DNA of 64,000 nucleotides from NCBI GenBank assembly GCA_964470965.1, contig CAYYIS010000010.1, positions 25,581-89,580 of the forward strand. The letters are read 5' to 3'. The DNA comes from an uncultured Gemmatimonadota bacterium. GTDB lineage: Bacteria; JAAXHH01; JABIQT01. Positions 28,983 through 38,631 of the stretch are shown in pieces. The notes under the pieces were generated by a model. The model ran no database searches. It was not told where the DNA came from and saw nothing but the letters and a program-made list of their open reading frames with translations. The position numbers and the translations under genes were made by a program. The stretch's first letter is position 1, and every line of letters begins with the position of its first letter.

Positions 28983-31514
28983 TTATCGGGATGACGGGAT
29001 CGTTGAGCTGATCGTGTCACCCTGTGCCAGGTTTAATTCAGATTCCCATGTATTTAAGGTATCGCCCACCTTCAGTTTTGACAGGGTAAGCTCGCCATGT
29101 AAAACGGTCAATTCGATATCAGAATCCGAGATCGAGTATGTGCCCCAGGCGTGACCGGTGGACCAGAACCAACGTCCTGGGTTCTTTGCAAACTGCATGG
29201 TCTTTTCGACGGCGGAAAACTGAAAGCCGGTAAGTGCCAGATGAGCCGCCCAGGCGGCCATGGCTCGGGCGTAGTGGTGGCCGCATTCCGCCTCGTCAAA
29301 GGGGTTGCGTTTGCGGCCGTCGTACCGTTCACGAATATTGGCGATACACAGAAGCCCCTCGTCGGTCTGCCCTTCGTAGAGCATACCGATGGCGGCGGTG
29401 TACTCGAATCCAGTCATGACTTCCGTGAAATACGGGAAGGGATTGTTGGGACGGTCTTTCGGGTAGCTGGCCATCAGCAGCGCGGATTCCTCGCCTGTGG
29501 CATAGGAACGCATGGTGTTGAAATGATCGCCGAGGCCTTCACGGAGGTTATATTTCATAATACTGCGTAATGTGGTCCGAACATGGTTTTCATCGACCAG
29601 ATATCCAAGTCCGCACACGTGCGCCATATACTGGCCAACAAGCTGATCCACCAGGCATCCGGGACCAAGCTGGTAGTCGGGTGACGACAGATCCGTGGCG
29701 CCCATACCGACCCGCAGGCTCTCAGCTACGTTTTCTGCCTGTCCCGGTGTTCGAATTTCATGCTCGTAGTATTCACCGTTGAACAGGTGTTTGTCGATCC
29801 AGTCTCTCCCCTTCTGATAAAGCGCCCGGCACCGGTCCGCAAACGCCTCATCACCGGCGTACCGTGTCATCTCTTCGGCGGCGCGCAGAGCGCCCAGGTA
29901 CCAGATGTTCATCTGGGGATTGGGGCCGTAGTATTCCACATCCATGGTATTATGCTGGCAGCCTTCCATCACGCCATCATGATCCGCGTCCCATCCGCCC
30001 GGTATCCAGCAGAACGCCAGTGCTTTTCTGATATTGGGCAGCAGTCTGTAAAGCGTGTCGTCATCGCCGGAGAGCTGCCAGTCGCGGTATATTTTCATGA
30101 GGCAGCCCATCTGGCCGTCCGCGGCTGCGTGCGCGATATTCCGGGCACGCTCGATAGGCAGTGATACGCGGAAGCTCATCATACCGTCGTCTCTGGTGGC
30201 GTGGACGAATTCCACCTCTCGCATTTTCAGGGCCAGATCACCAAACAGGAACGCAATCGATTGCTCATAGTTCCAAACATGGGTGCAGGATCCCAGGCAG
30301 CATCCGTCGTCGTCATTGCAGCCCTCCCATCCGAATAACAGACCATCCGGCGTCCGGAAGCAGGTCTGGCTGCGGAGGGTGCTCAAGTTGAATAGGGCGG
30401 CTTCCTTAACCACCTCCGGCAGGTCTGTCTGACAGAATGCTGAGACGAAATTTACCGTATCGGTTTCTAGCGTGTTAAGATGCGGTCCGACTTGTTTTAC
30501 CACCTCCCAGGCATCTTGGTGCTGAGCGGTGTAGTAGTTACCGATGCGATCGCCGTTGTCACAGCAGGCGCCGCCGTCGCAGCAGCCTTCCTTCTGAGGC
30601 GCGGGCGTCCAAGTGTATCGATTCGGGAAATGCCAGGCCAAAAGGAAAGTGACGGAACGCGTTTCACCGGGTGCCAATTTAGTCTTGACGGCCAGGGAGG
30701 CGATGGGAGTGTCATCACCGCCTGCTTCACGGTCTTCGAGTATTCCATCGGTGCTGAAGTCATCCCAGAAATCAAGCAAGGATGATCCCCAACCTATCTT
30801 CTTCCATGCGGTCCGCATACTTATACCGGTACCGGACGGAGTAGCGAGAGCCATGGTGCCCCACTGGGCCGCCGTGCGATCTACATCTTTCGAGGTCATG
30901 TACAGACCTCGAAAGCCGTCGGATGCTCTGAATCGGTTCTGATTTCCCTTGCTCGTACCTTCCGAGCCGTCGTGACCTATGAAGTTTGGTATGGTTCCGC
31001 AGACGGAGATATCCACGGCCGTATCCATTTTATTGGTCGCCACATAGCGCAGTACTGCCACCGGTAGGCCGCTGTTGTCCGCATCGCAGGGGATTAAAGG
31101 GTTGAACGCTTCCAACCTTACATCGACAGGGACATTCGGGTCAGACAGTGAAACCTGACCGAAGGGGTATGCTGCTGCGAACGAACAGTCGGAAAACCGG
31201 GGCAGGCCGTGGTTGGGCGTTTGACTTCCGGATGCACCTTCGTATTCAAAATATTCGAGCGGGCCTTCGAGCAGCCGAGTTACGGCACGGGCTTTTTCCG
31301 GTCGGGCATACAACGCGAAAAAGGGCGCCCCGCTAAAGCGCCCTCCTGGAATGAAACCTTTGGCAGGTCGGTTCATGATCTCCCAGTCCCGGAGATCGCC
31401 CCGACCACCGAGTGACACGGTACCGGTTCCGATCCCTCCGATCGGCAATGCGATGCGCGCCAGATGATGCCGGTCGTATTTCTTCAGGACGGGCCAGGAG
31501 GTTAGTTCAGCCAT
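28983..31514 (-). CDS. GH116-family (GBA2-type, non-lysosomal glucosylceramidase-like) beta-glycosidase
   Basis: N-terminus LPIGGIGTGTVSLGGRGDLRDWEIMN matches the GBA2-type N-domain (PLGGIGGGTI.RGWRG..RWQL); about 840 aa. Confidence 0.7.
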   Translation of the reverse strand: MAELTSWPVLKKYDRHHLARIALPIGGIGTGTVSLGGRGDLRDWEIMNRPAKGFIPGGRFSGAPFFALYARPEKARAVTRLLEGPLEYFEYEGASGSQTPNHGLPRFSDCSFAAAYPFGQVSLSDPNVPVDVRLEAFNPLIPCDADNSGLPVAVLRYVATNKMDTAVDISVCGTIPNFIGHDGSEGTSKGNQNRFRASDGFRGLYMTSKDVDRTAAQWGTMALATPSGTGISMRTAWKKIGWGSSLLDFWDDFSTDGILEDREAGGDDTPIASLAVKTKLAPGETRSVTFLLAWHFPNRYTWTPAPQKEGCCDGGACCDNGDRIGNYYTAQHQDAWEVVKQVGPHLNTLETDTVNFVSAFCQTDLPEVVKEAALFNLSTLRSQTCFRTPDGLLFGWEGCNDDDGCCLGSCTHVWNYEQSIAFLFGDLALKMREVEFVHATRDDGMMSFRVSLPIERARNIAHAAADGQMGCLMKIYRDWQLSGDDDTLYRLLPNIRKALAFCWIPGGWDADHDGVMEGCQHNTMDVEYYGPNPQMNIWYLGALRAAEEMTRYAGDEAFADRCRALYQKGRDWIDKHLFNGEYYEHEIRTPGQAENVAESLRVGMGATDLSSPDYQLGPGCLVDQLVGQYMAHVCGLGYLVDENHVRTTLRSIMKYNLREGLGDHFNTMRSYATGEESALLMASYPKDRPNNPFPYFTEVMTGFEYTAAIGMLYEGQTDEGLLCIANIRERYDGRKRNPFDEAECGHHYARAMAAWAAHLALTGFQFSAVEKTMQFAKNPGRWFWSTGHAWGTYSISDSDIELTVLHGELTLSKLKVGDTLNTWESELNLAQGDTISSTIPSSR

Positions 31515-31543
31515 TTGATGCTCCGATTTTTCAATAGGTTTCT

Positions 31544-32956
31544 TTAATTTGGTTTCTCTATTTCGTGGGCAGGAGCTTCGTTATAGCCGCTGTGAGATAG
31601 TTGACACCGAGCGATGTAGTCATGCAATGCTCGCATCACACGGGGGGCAAGAAGGAGTGTGGAGACCATGGTAGGGATGGCCATCAGGGCAAACATTCCG
31701 TCGATTAGGGCTACGGCGGCATCCAGGGAAGTTACGGCGGCGACAATGATGCAGCCTACATAAAATATATTGTAGATCCCCTGGCGGTCGGCGCCAATCA
31801 GGAAGCCCAGGCACTTGGTCCCGTAGTAGGAATACGTGAAGATGGTGCTGGCGCTGAAGAACACGACACAGATGATGAGCAGGTACGATCCGAATCCCGG
31901 CATAGCGGATTCGAACGCGTTGGCGGTCAGCGTCACGCCGTTTACTGATGAGGTCTGCCAGACGCCGGTAATCAAGATCATAAGGGCAGTGCAGGTACAC
32001 ACGATCATCGTGTCGATTACGGGTTCCAGCATGGCGACGAGGCCTTCCCTTATGGGTTCACGGGTCTTTGCCGCCCCATGGGCCATGGATTCAGTACCTA
32101 TCCCCGCCTCGTTCGAGAAAGCCGCCCGCCTTACTCCGGTCACGATCACTGTACCGATGGCTCCGCCGGCTACCGCCTGACCGCTGAACGCGTCCGTTAT
32201 GATCAGTCCCAGATACTGCGGAACGTCGCCCAGATTAACCAGGATGACCCAGAGGGCACAGGCCATATAGAGGATCACCATGGCCGGTACCACGCGGGAG
32301 GCCACATCTGCGATGCGGGAGATGCCACCGAAAATAACAATACCTACCAGCATCACGAGTGCAACACCGGCGCCGAAGTCAAACCAGAAGTGCTCCACGC
32401 TGTCGGTCACACCCATAGGCACGAAGACCACGTCTCTGATTACCTGTACCAGCTGGTTGACCTGCAGAATTGGCAGGCAGCCGACAACACCCGCTACACA
32501 GAACAATGAAGCCAGTGGCTTCCAGGATTTCCCCAGTCCCTCGACGACCACGTACATGGGGCCGCCCTGGGTGTTTCCTATGTTGTCCTGACCCCGATAC
32601 ATGATCGAAAGAGAACAGGTAAAGAATTTGGTCGCGATTCCCACCAGGGCGCTGACCCACATCCAGAATATGGCGCCGGGACCGCCTACGGTTATGGCGA
32701 TGGCCACACCCGAGATATTGCCCATTCCGATGGTCGCGGCCAGTGCGCTTACCAGCGCCTGGAAGTGGGTGATATCGCCAGGCTCGTCAGGATCGTCGAA
32801 TTTGCCGCGGATAATCTCTATGGAATGTTTGAAATAGCGAAAGGGGATTAAACGGGAAAATCCCAGGAGAAAAGCACCACCACCGATCAGCAGGAATAAT
32901 AGGTATGACCATGCGATATCCGCAAAGTCGACCACGAATTGCTCGACCTGTTCCAC
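31544..32956 (-). CDS. Alanine/glycine:cation symporter (AGCS family) amino-acid carrier; GTG start
   Basis: SALAATIGMGNISGVAIAI family signature; about 11 TM segments; SD aaggag. Confidence 0.85.
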   Translation of the reverse strand: MEQVEQFVVDFADIAWSYLLFLLIGGGAFLLGFSRLIPFRYFKHSIEIIRGKFDDPDEPGDITHFQALVSALAATIGMGNISGVAIAITVGGPGAIFWMWVSALVGIATKFFTCSLSIMYRGQDNIGNTQGGPMYVVVEGLGKSWKPLASLFCVAGVVGCLPILQVNQLVQVIRDVVFVPMGVTDSVEHFWFDFGAGVALVMLVGIVIFGGISRIADVASRVVPAMVILYMACALWVILVNLGDVPQYLGLIITDAFSGQAVAGGAIGTVIVTGVRRAAFSNEAGIGTESMAHGAAKTREPIREGLVAMLEPVIDTMIVCTCTALMILITGVWQTSSVNGVTLTANAFESAMPGFGSYLLIICVVFFSASTIFTYSYYGTKCLGFLIGADRQGIYNIFYVGCIIVAAVTSLDAAVALIDGMFALMAIPTMVSTLLLAPRVMRALHDYIARCQLSHSGYNEAPAHEIEKPN

Positions 32957-32975
32957 GTAGTATGCTCCTTCATAT

Positions 32976-33009
32976 GATTGTCAGATTCGGATGATCTATC
33001 ATGACAATC
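32976..33009 (-). promoter_or_regulatory. 5'-UTR hairpin immediately upstream of the AGCS ribosome-binding site
   Basis: Perfect 8-bp inverted repeat gattgtca / tgacaatc with an 18-nt spacer, ending 6 nt before the SD. Confidence 0.3.
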
Positions 33010-33311
33010 TGCGAGGATGTTGTCAAGCGATATTCCTACCAGCCTACTTTGCTCAGATCATCTTCGAAAAGGCCGGATACAATCCGAATACCGAATATAC
33101 CAGAATCCATTTAAAGTACTGATGTCGACTGGAATTGCTCTGCAAATTACTCGGTGCATAGTCCATGGCCTCTACCGTCTCCTTAAGTTAAACGCGTAGG
33201 TCGTTTTTAATATTCAATACAGGGGGGACAGGCCGGGAAGGTTTTGGGGGGAGATTAAATGGTGCCTGGCGTGATGGCACACGCCTAATGGCAACCGTTT
33301 TCTTGGTTTGA

Positions 33312-34442
33312 CTACCAGTTCGTGAACGTCCCGTCCTGCCGGTGAAGCATGGGCGCCTGCACCGGATGATAAGGATGTTTGAGGGCGGCTTCTTCGTCGA
33401 ATTCAATGCCAAGGCCGGGCGTCTCGGGCGGCAGCAGGTATCCGTCTTCCCATTCCGCCTGCACGGGAAATACGTCGGCTAGTGCACCGGGTTTGGCTGG
33501 CATTTCCTGAACGCCGAAGTTGGGAGTGGCCAGGTCCAGGTGAAGACAGGCCGAAGCCGAAACCGGACCGAGAGGATTGTGCGGAGCGATGTTAATATAA
33601 TGGGTTTCCGCCCAGCCGGAAACCTTCCGGGCTTCGGTGAGACCACCGACGAGACATAGGTCAATCCGGGCATAGTTTATCAGGTCGTGTTCTATCAACT
33701 CCCGGAATTCCCATTTGCTGGAATAATGCTCTCCCACGCCGAGCGGTACGGCCACATGACGGCGTAAATGATGATAGGATTCTTTATTTTCGGAACGCAG
33801 GGGATCTTCCACGAAGAACAACCGGAATTCCTCCACCGCCCGGCAGAACGTGATTGCGTCGGCGGGATCGAGCCGGGTGTGGACATCGCACAGAAGCTCA
33901 ATCTCGTCGCCGACCGCCTCCCGCACGGCCCGGCATTGTTCGATGCCATGGCGCAAGGCACGGGATGGTTCGAACAGGTCACCTTCCGAGAGCAGCCCCC
34001 AGCGGATGAATTTCCAGCCGTCCTCCACCAACTGCAGGGCTGCTGTGGCCAGCGCTTCCGGAGTTGCGCCGCCTGCATGGGGATAGCAGACGACTCGGTC
34101 CCGGCACCGCCCGCCCAGCAGTTCGTACACCGGCACGCCGAGGGCTTTTCCGTGTATATCCCACAACGCGATGTCGATGGCGCTGATGGCCGCCGACAGT
34201 GTGCGCTCGCCGGGAAAGAAACTGCCGCGGAACATTACCTGCCAGAGATGCTCCTTGCGGGTCGGATCCTGGCCTATCAGCAGGGGCTTGAGTGTGTTGA
34301 CGGTCTCGAGAACCGCCAGCTCCCGCCAAGTCAATCCGCTCTCACCGACACCGTAGAGACCGCTGTCCGTCTCTACTTTGACGATCAGATAATTGCGTCC
34401 ACCACCCCAGACGGGGAATGCTTTTACATCGGTAATTTTCAC
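33312..34442 (-). CDS. Enolase-superfamily dehydratase (D-galactonate dehydratase / mannonate dehydratase ManD family)
   Basis: MKITDVKAFPV ... LIGQDPTRKEHLWQVMFRG ... AISAIDIALWDIHGK is close to the DgoD/ManD N-terminal consensus. Confidence 0.8.
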   Translation of the reverse strand: MKITDVKAFPVWGGGRNYLIVKVETDSGLYGVGESGLTWRELAVLETVNTLKPLLIGQDPTRKEHLWQVMFRGSFFPGERTLSAAISAIDIALWDIHGKALGVPVYELLGGRCRDRVVCYPHAGGATPEALATAALQLVEDGWKFIRWGLLSEGDLFEPSRALRHGIEQCRAVREAVGDEIELLCDVHTRLDPADAITFCRAVEEFRLFFVEDPLRSENKESYHHLRRHVAVPLGVGEHYSSKWEFRELIEHDLINYARIDLCLVGGLTEARKVSGWAETHYINIAPHNPLGPVSASACLHLDLATPNFGVQEMPAKPGALADVFPVQAEWEDGYLLPPETPGLGIEFDEEAALKHPYHPVQAPMLHRQDGTFTNW

Positions 34443-34457
34443 AGGTAGCGGAATCCT

Positions 34458-35036
34458 TTATTCTTCGGCATTCTTCTCCATCTCGGCTCTGGGTGTGAAA
34501 TCCAAGGAGGCGGAGTTCATGCAATAACGCAGGCCAGTCGGACGTGGACCGTCGTTGAAGACGTGGCCCAGATGGCCGTCGCAGCGTTTGCACACCACCT
34601 CGGTGCGCACCATTCCGAAACTATGATCGGATTCCTCTTCCACATTTTCTTCTGCCACCGGTTCGTAAAAACTCGGCCACCCGGTGCCGGAATCGAACTT
34701 CGTTTTGGAATCGAAAACCGCTGTACCGCAACCGATGCATTTGTAAATACCGTCTTCATCATGCTTGTTGTATTTTCCGGTGAAGGCTCGTTCGGTGCCT
34801 TTCTCCCGGGTGACGTGGTACTGCTCGTCGGTTAGTTGATTTCGCCACTCTTCCACTGTTTTTACCACTTTATCTGCCATGATGACTCCTTTTGGTTCGC
34901 CTGAATCGGTTAATTCCATGATCGTAACAGTCCGAGGCGTAGTTGGATCACTATGTGCCGAGGTCTGTTGACCGGCCGTTCCGCAACCCACTGATAACAG
35001 CAGGGAAAGTATAAATGTAAGAGATACTGATTTCAT
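34458..35036 (-). CDS. msrB: Peptide-methionine (R)-S-oxide reductase MsrB with a lipoprotein signal (periplasmic or OM-tethered)
   Basis: [11 protein letters not shown] ... [16 protein letters not shown] zinc and catalytic motifs; lipobox LLSVGC. Confidence 0.8.
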   Translation of the reverse strand: MKSVSLTFILSLLLSVGCGTAGQQTSAHSDPTTPRTVTIMELTDSGEPKGVIMADKVVKTVEEWRNQLTDEQYHVTREKGTERAFTGKYNKHDEDGIYKCIGCGTAVFDSKTKFDSGTGWPSFYEPVAEENVEEESDHSFGMVRTEVVCKRCDGHLGHVFNDGPRPTGLRYCMNSASLDFTPRAEMEKNAEE

Positions 35037-35284
35037 AAAATGCGTCTCCCGGATATGTACTCCATGATCACGCTATGCTGTCATCCTTTAACATACCCTC
35101 ACCCGTAACTTTGAAACGGCCTAATCCTACGCCCTGGGATTTAACGGCTGACCACAAGATTCCCTACAGGATATCGGTTTGTCCATCGGACCCCGCTGTA
35201 AATGTGACTGAGATCCAGCACTGTTTTAGCGCTTTAGAATGTGATGGGTAGGGCGACAGGAGTCTTTTTTAAAGTGAACCCGGT

Positions 35285-36583
35285 CTATCCCCCTGTGGGT
35301 GTTGAATCCGGGTTTTCGCGCTTTGAACCGTCTATCGTTATTCCCGGTACTGGAAATTCGGTACATAGTTCGCGGACTTCGTTATGAATGGCGGCCAGTT
35401 TCTCGTCGTTGTCATAATTTTCGATCGCTTCGCTGATCCATCGGGCGATGTGTGCCATTTCGGGCTCCTTGATGCCGCGCGTGGTGGCGGCCGGTGTACC
35501 CAGCCGAATACCGCTCGGACTAAACGGCGAGCGCGTATCGAACGGCACGGAGTTTTTGTTGACCGTTAGCCCTGCCTTATCGAGTGAGGTTTCCGCGTCT
35601 TTTCCGATTACGCCTTTGTTGGTGAGATCCACCAGAACCAAGTGGTTATCGGTGCCGCCGGAAACCAGGTCGAACCCGTAGTCGATCAATCCATCAGCGA
35701 GGGCCCGGGCGTTGTTTACGATCTGCTGGGCATAGGCTTTAAACGACGGCTCCATGGCCTCGCCGAATGCGATCGCCTTTGCCGCGGTAATATGGTCGTG
35801 CGGGCCGCCCTGGAGGCCGGGGAACACGGCCCTGTCAATGCTTTTTCCGTATTCCTTCTTGCACATGATAATAGCGCTGCGAGGTCCCCGAAGTGTTTTG
35901 TGCGTGGTGGTGGTCACCACATCGGTGATTGGAAACGGCGATGGGTGCACGCCCCCTACTACAAGGCCCGAGATGTGGGATATATCTGCCATGGCGAGCG
36001 CTCCCACTTCGTCGGCGATCGACTTGAATGCCTTGAAATCGAACAGGCGGGGATAGGCTGTCGCACCGGAGATTATAAGTTTCGGGCGCTGTACCAGTGC
36101 GATATCCCGCACCTCGTCCATATCAATTAGGCCGGTATCCCGTCGCACACCGTAGGAAGCGACGTTGAAGTATTTACCGGAGAAATTAACGCCCAGGCCA
36201 TGGGTTAGGTGGCCGCCCTGATCAAGTTTCATACCCATAAGCGTGTCACCGGGGTCGAGCATTGCCATAAACACCGCTACGTTAGCGGGACTGCCGGAAT
36301 AAGGTTGTACGTTCACATGTTCCGCACCGAACAACGTTTTAGCACGTCGTTTGGCAAGGTTCTCTATCTTATCGATGTATTCCTGCCCACCGTAATACCG
36401 TTTACCGGGATATCCTTCGGAGTATTTGTTCGTGAGGATGGAGCCCATTGCTTCCAGAACAGCCGGCGAGGTATAGTTTTCGGACGGAATCAGCTCAATC
36501 CCTTCCCGCTGCCGTGTCCGCTCACCATCAAGAATGGCGAACACTTCCGGATCCTGCGTTTGAATCGACGCAAATTCTTCCAT
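35285..36583 (-). CDS. glyA: Serine hydroxymethyltransferase
   Basis: Full-length SHMT, with the PLP-Lys region [12 protein letters not shown]. Confidence 0.95.
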   Translation of the reverse strand: MEEFASIQTQDPEVFAILDGERTRQREGIELIPSENYTSPAVLEAMGSILTNKYSEGYPGKRYYGGQEYIDKIENLAKRRAKTLFGAEHVNVQPYSGSPANVAVFMAMLDPGDTLMGMKLDQGGHLTHGLGVNFSGKYFNVASYGVRRDTGLIDMDEVRDIALVQRPKLIISGATAYPRLFDFKAFKSIADEVGALAMADISHISGLVVGGVHPSPFPITDVVTTTTHKTLRGPRSAIIMCKKEYGKSIDRAVFPGLQGGPHDHITAAKAIAFGEAMEPSFKAYAQQIVNNARALADGLIDYGFDLVSGGTDNHLVLVDLTNKGVIGKDAETSLDKAGLTVNKNSVPFDTRSPFSPSGIRLGTPAATTRGIKEPEMAHIARWISEAIENYDNDEKLAAIHNEVRELCTEFPVPGITIDGSKRENPDSTPTGG

Positions 36584-37208
36584 CTCGTTCTCCTTGAATT
36601 AGAGCGGTAATATGCCGGTCGATACAGCAATAAAATAACAGTTCAATCGTTGTTAATCCATACATCATTTATGGTGTCTAATAGTACTGAACTGCAGGCT
36701 AAAAAGCAAGTGTATTTAGGGAATGGCAGTAGTGCGGACCAGACCGGAAGAAAAGAAGTGTCAAGGGGAATCAGAGTGGAAAAGACCACAGGAAATCTCG
36801 GGTTATTCCCGCCCTTCAGTCACAGCAACCGCCGATGTTGATGAAGCACTCCGGCATTACCTGCGGCGGCGCATCCTCCGCATAATTCCGATCTTGGACC
36901 AATCCTTTAGAGCGTATAACATATCTTGAAACCGGCTTCCTGAATGGCTGACCCCTCTGGGGTTCTGTTGCAGCGCCTCCTCCAACGAGGATGTGTTGTG
37001 ATTCATTTGGCCCCCTGTAGGCAGGTCGAGACACGATACTCAATAGGAAATCAAGCGGGAAGGAAAAGGGGGGCTGGAAAATTGAATTAGTGGTTCTATG
37101 TGATACGGGAATACATGCCTGTAAGCCCCGAAGATGTTTGGTAGATAAGCTAGGCCACCACTATTTCACAAGTGATTTTTTCGACAAATCAATAAATGAA
37201 TAAATCAA

Positions 37209-37838
37209 TCAGAACGTGAGCTTTGCCATCATCCACACGCTACCATCAGGGGGTGTGTGCAGGTTCAATGAAGGGAGGTAGTCGGATGCAGGTAAGGAGC
37301 GCTGGACGTCTATCGCGCTGGCCAATCGGACGGCGATGGCGAAGCCGGTCAGGTAATAGCTGCGTACGCGTGCCCGCTGGCTTGATTTTCGGATCGATCG
37401 GTACTGTTTCAGATCGCTCTCGCTGATCCAGGCCCAGGTGCTATTACCGGCATAGATGGTTGCCTGTTCACGAAGCGTCAGCCGCTGGTCCTGGTTGAAT
37501 ACGTCGCTGCTGGAGAAAAGGCCGATATGCTTGAAATAGGTGTCACCCTGTCCGCTGAGTGTCACGCCGGCGCGGTCGGCTGCGAATGTGCGATAGTCGT
37601 CGGACCGCCAAGCGCCGTATACGCGAAAGGCAGTGAACCCGACCCAGGTGAGCGCTTCCATGGCAAAGTAAATTCGTGCCCTATCCCAGTTCCCCGTGTA
37701 GGCCTGTCCGAGTCCTGGAACCGCCAGCGAAAGGAGGATAGCTTTCCGCTTGGATTTTGAGGGGTCTTGAGCATTGGCCGATGTAGCGTAAAGGATACAG
37801 ACTATCAAGAGCGTTTTTTGGACTATGCGTTTTAACAC
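37209..37838 (-). CDS. Secreted/membrane PG(L)GQxY-motif family protein (DUF5683-like paralog); GTG start proposed
   Basis: SLAVPGLGQAYTGNW motif; signal peptide LLIVCILYATSANAQ. Confidence 0.45.
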   Translation of the reverse strand: MLKRIVQKTLLIVCILYATSANAQDPSKSKRKAILLSLAVPGLGQAYTGNWDRARIYFAMEALTWVGFTAFRVYGAWRSDDYRTFAADRAGVTLSGQGDTYFKHIGLFSSSDVFNQDQRLTLREQATIYAGNSTWAWISESDLKQYRSIRKSSQRARVRSYYLTGFAIAVRLASAIDVQRSLPASDYLPSLNLHTPPDGSVWMMAKLTF

Positions 37839-37848
37839 AGGAGACACC

Positions 37849-38613
37849 TTAAAATGACAGCGACATGGTCGCTGTAGGCGCGAATCGCCCGGTGGGGTCA
37901 AAGCTCTCGATCCGCAGTCGAAGCCTGGCTTCTTGAACAGGCTTATCCATTGAACGGTTGTCCGCACGAACGATCAGCGCAGCGTGGATGGCACTGACGA
38001 AGTGGTTCAAAAGGATCACGCCGATGGCCCAATCAGAGCGTTTGTACGCCTGGTTCATATTATGCTGCATGGTCACGTAGGATTTTCTGTTGGGTGAGAT
38101 ATCTGAATCCATCGGATCGAAGTCATCCCAGCCTTCCTGGAACTTGTTGTACTTCCCTATCTGCTCATAATACTGCTGGCTGCCTGGTTCCCCGAGCTGT
38201 TCCGTACCGATGGACGGATCCAGGCAGTTGGGCGCACAACGGACACTGTCCCAGTGGGCGTTTGCGAATGCGATTGACTTTGCCTTACGATCGGTACCGG
38301 AACGGTTATAAATGATCGATGAACTGAGTGCGCTGAAATCTATCGCAGAGAAGATCAATCCCCGCTTTCTGCCGGAATATAACTCTCCGGCTCCCGGGAA
38401 CAACAGGGAAAAAGCGAAGGCCTTTAAAGGGCTCCTTCGAATCTGTGTCGACATGGCGGGCACCTGCTGCACCGTCGCCGCATCGTGCGCAGCGAACAGC
38501 GTCTTCCGCTCCATCCGAAGTGGCTGTGCAAAGGCCTCTTTTGCGTAACCGATTATGGCAATGAAAAATACGGCCCCAAGCATGTATTCTGGTATTCTTT
38601 TGAAAGATATCAT
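37849..38613 (-). CDS. Secreted/membrane PG(A)GELY-motif family protein (DUF5683-like paralog)
   Basis: SLLFPGAGELYSGRKRGL motif; signal peptide MLGAVFFIAIIGYAKEAFAQ from the internal Met at 38583. Confidence 0.45.
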   Translation of the reverse strand: MISFKRIPEYMLGAVFFIAIIGYAKEAFAQPLRMERKTLFAAHDAATVQQVPAMSTQIRRSPLKAFAFSLLFPGAGELYSGRKRGLIFSAIDFSALSSSIIYNRSGTDRKAKSIAFANAHWDSVRCAPNCLDPSIGTEQLGEPGSQQYYEQIGKYNKFQEGWDDFDPMDSDISPNRKSYVTMQHNMNQAYKRSDWAIGVILLNHFVSAIHAALIVRADNRSMDKPVQEARLRLRIESFDPTGRFAPTATMSLSF

Positions 38614-38631
38614 GACATGCCTACAGTTAAC

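Noticed and set aside
36745-36775. SRP-RNA-like string gaccggaagaaaagaag, resembling the 4.5S domain IV GGUCCGGAAGGAAGCAGCC
   Set aside because: The symmetric loop partner AGCAGCC and the closing helices are absent, so it is a coincidental match.
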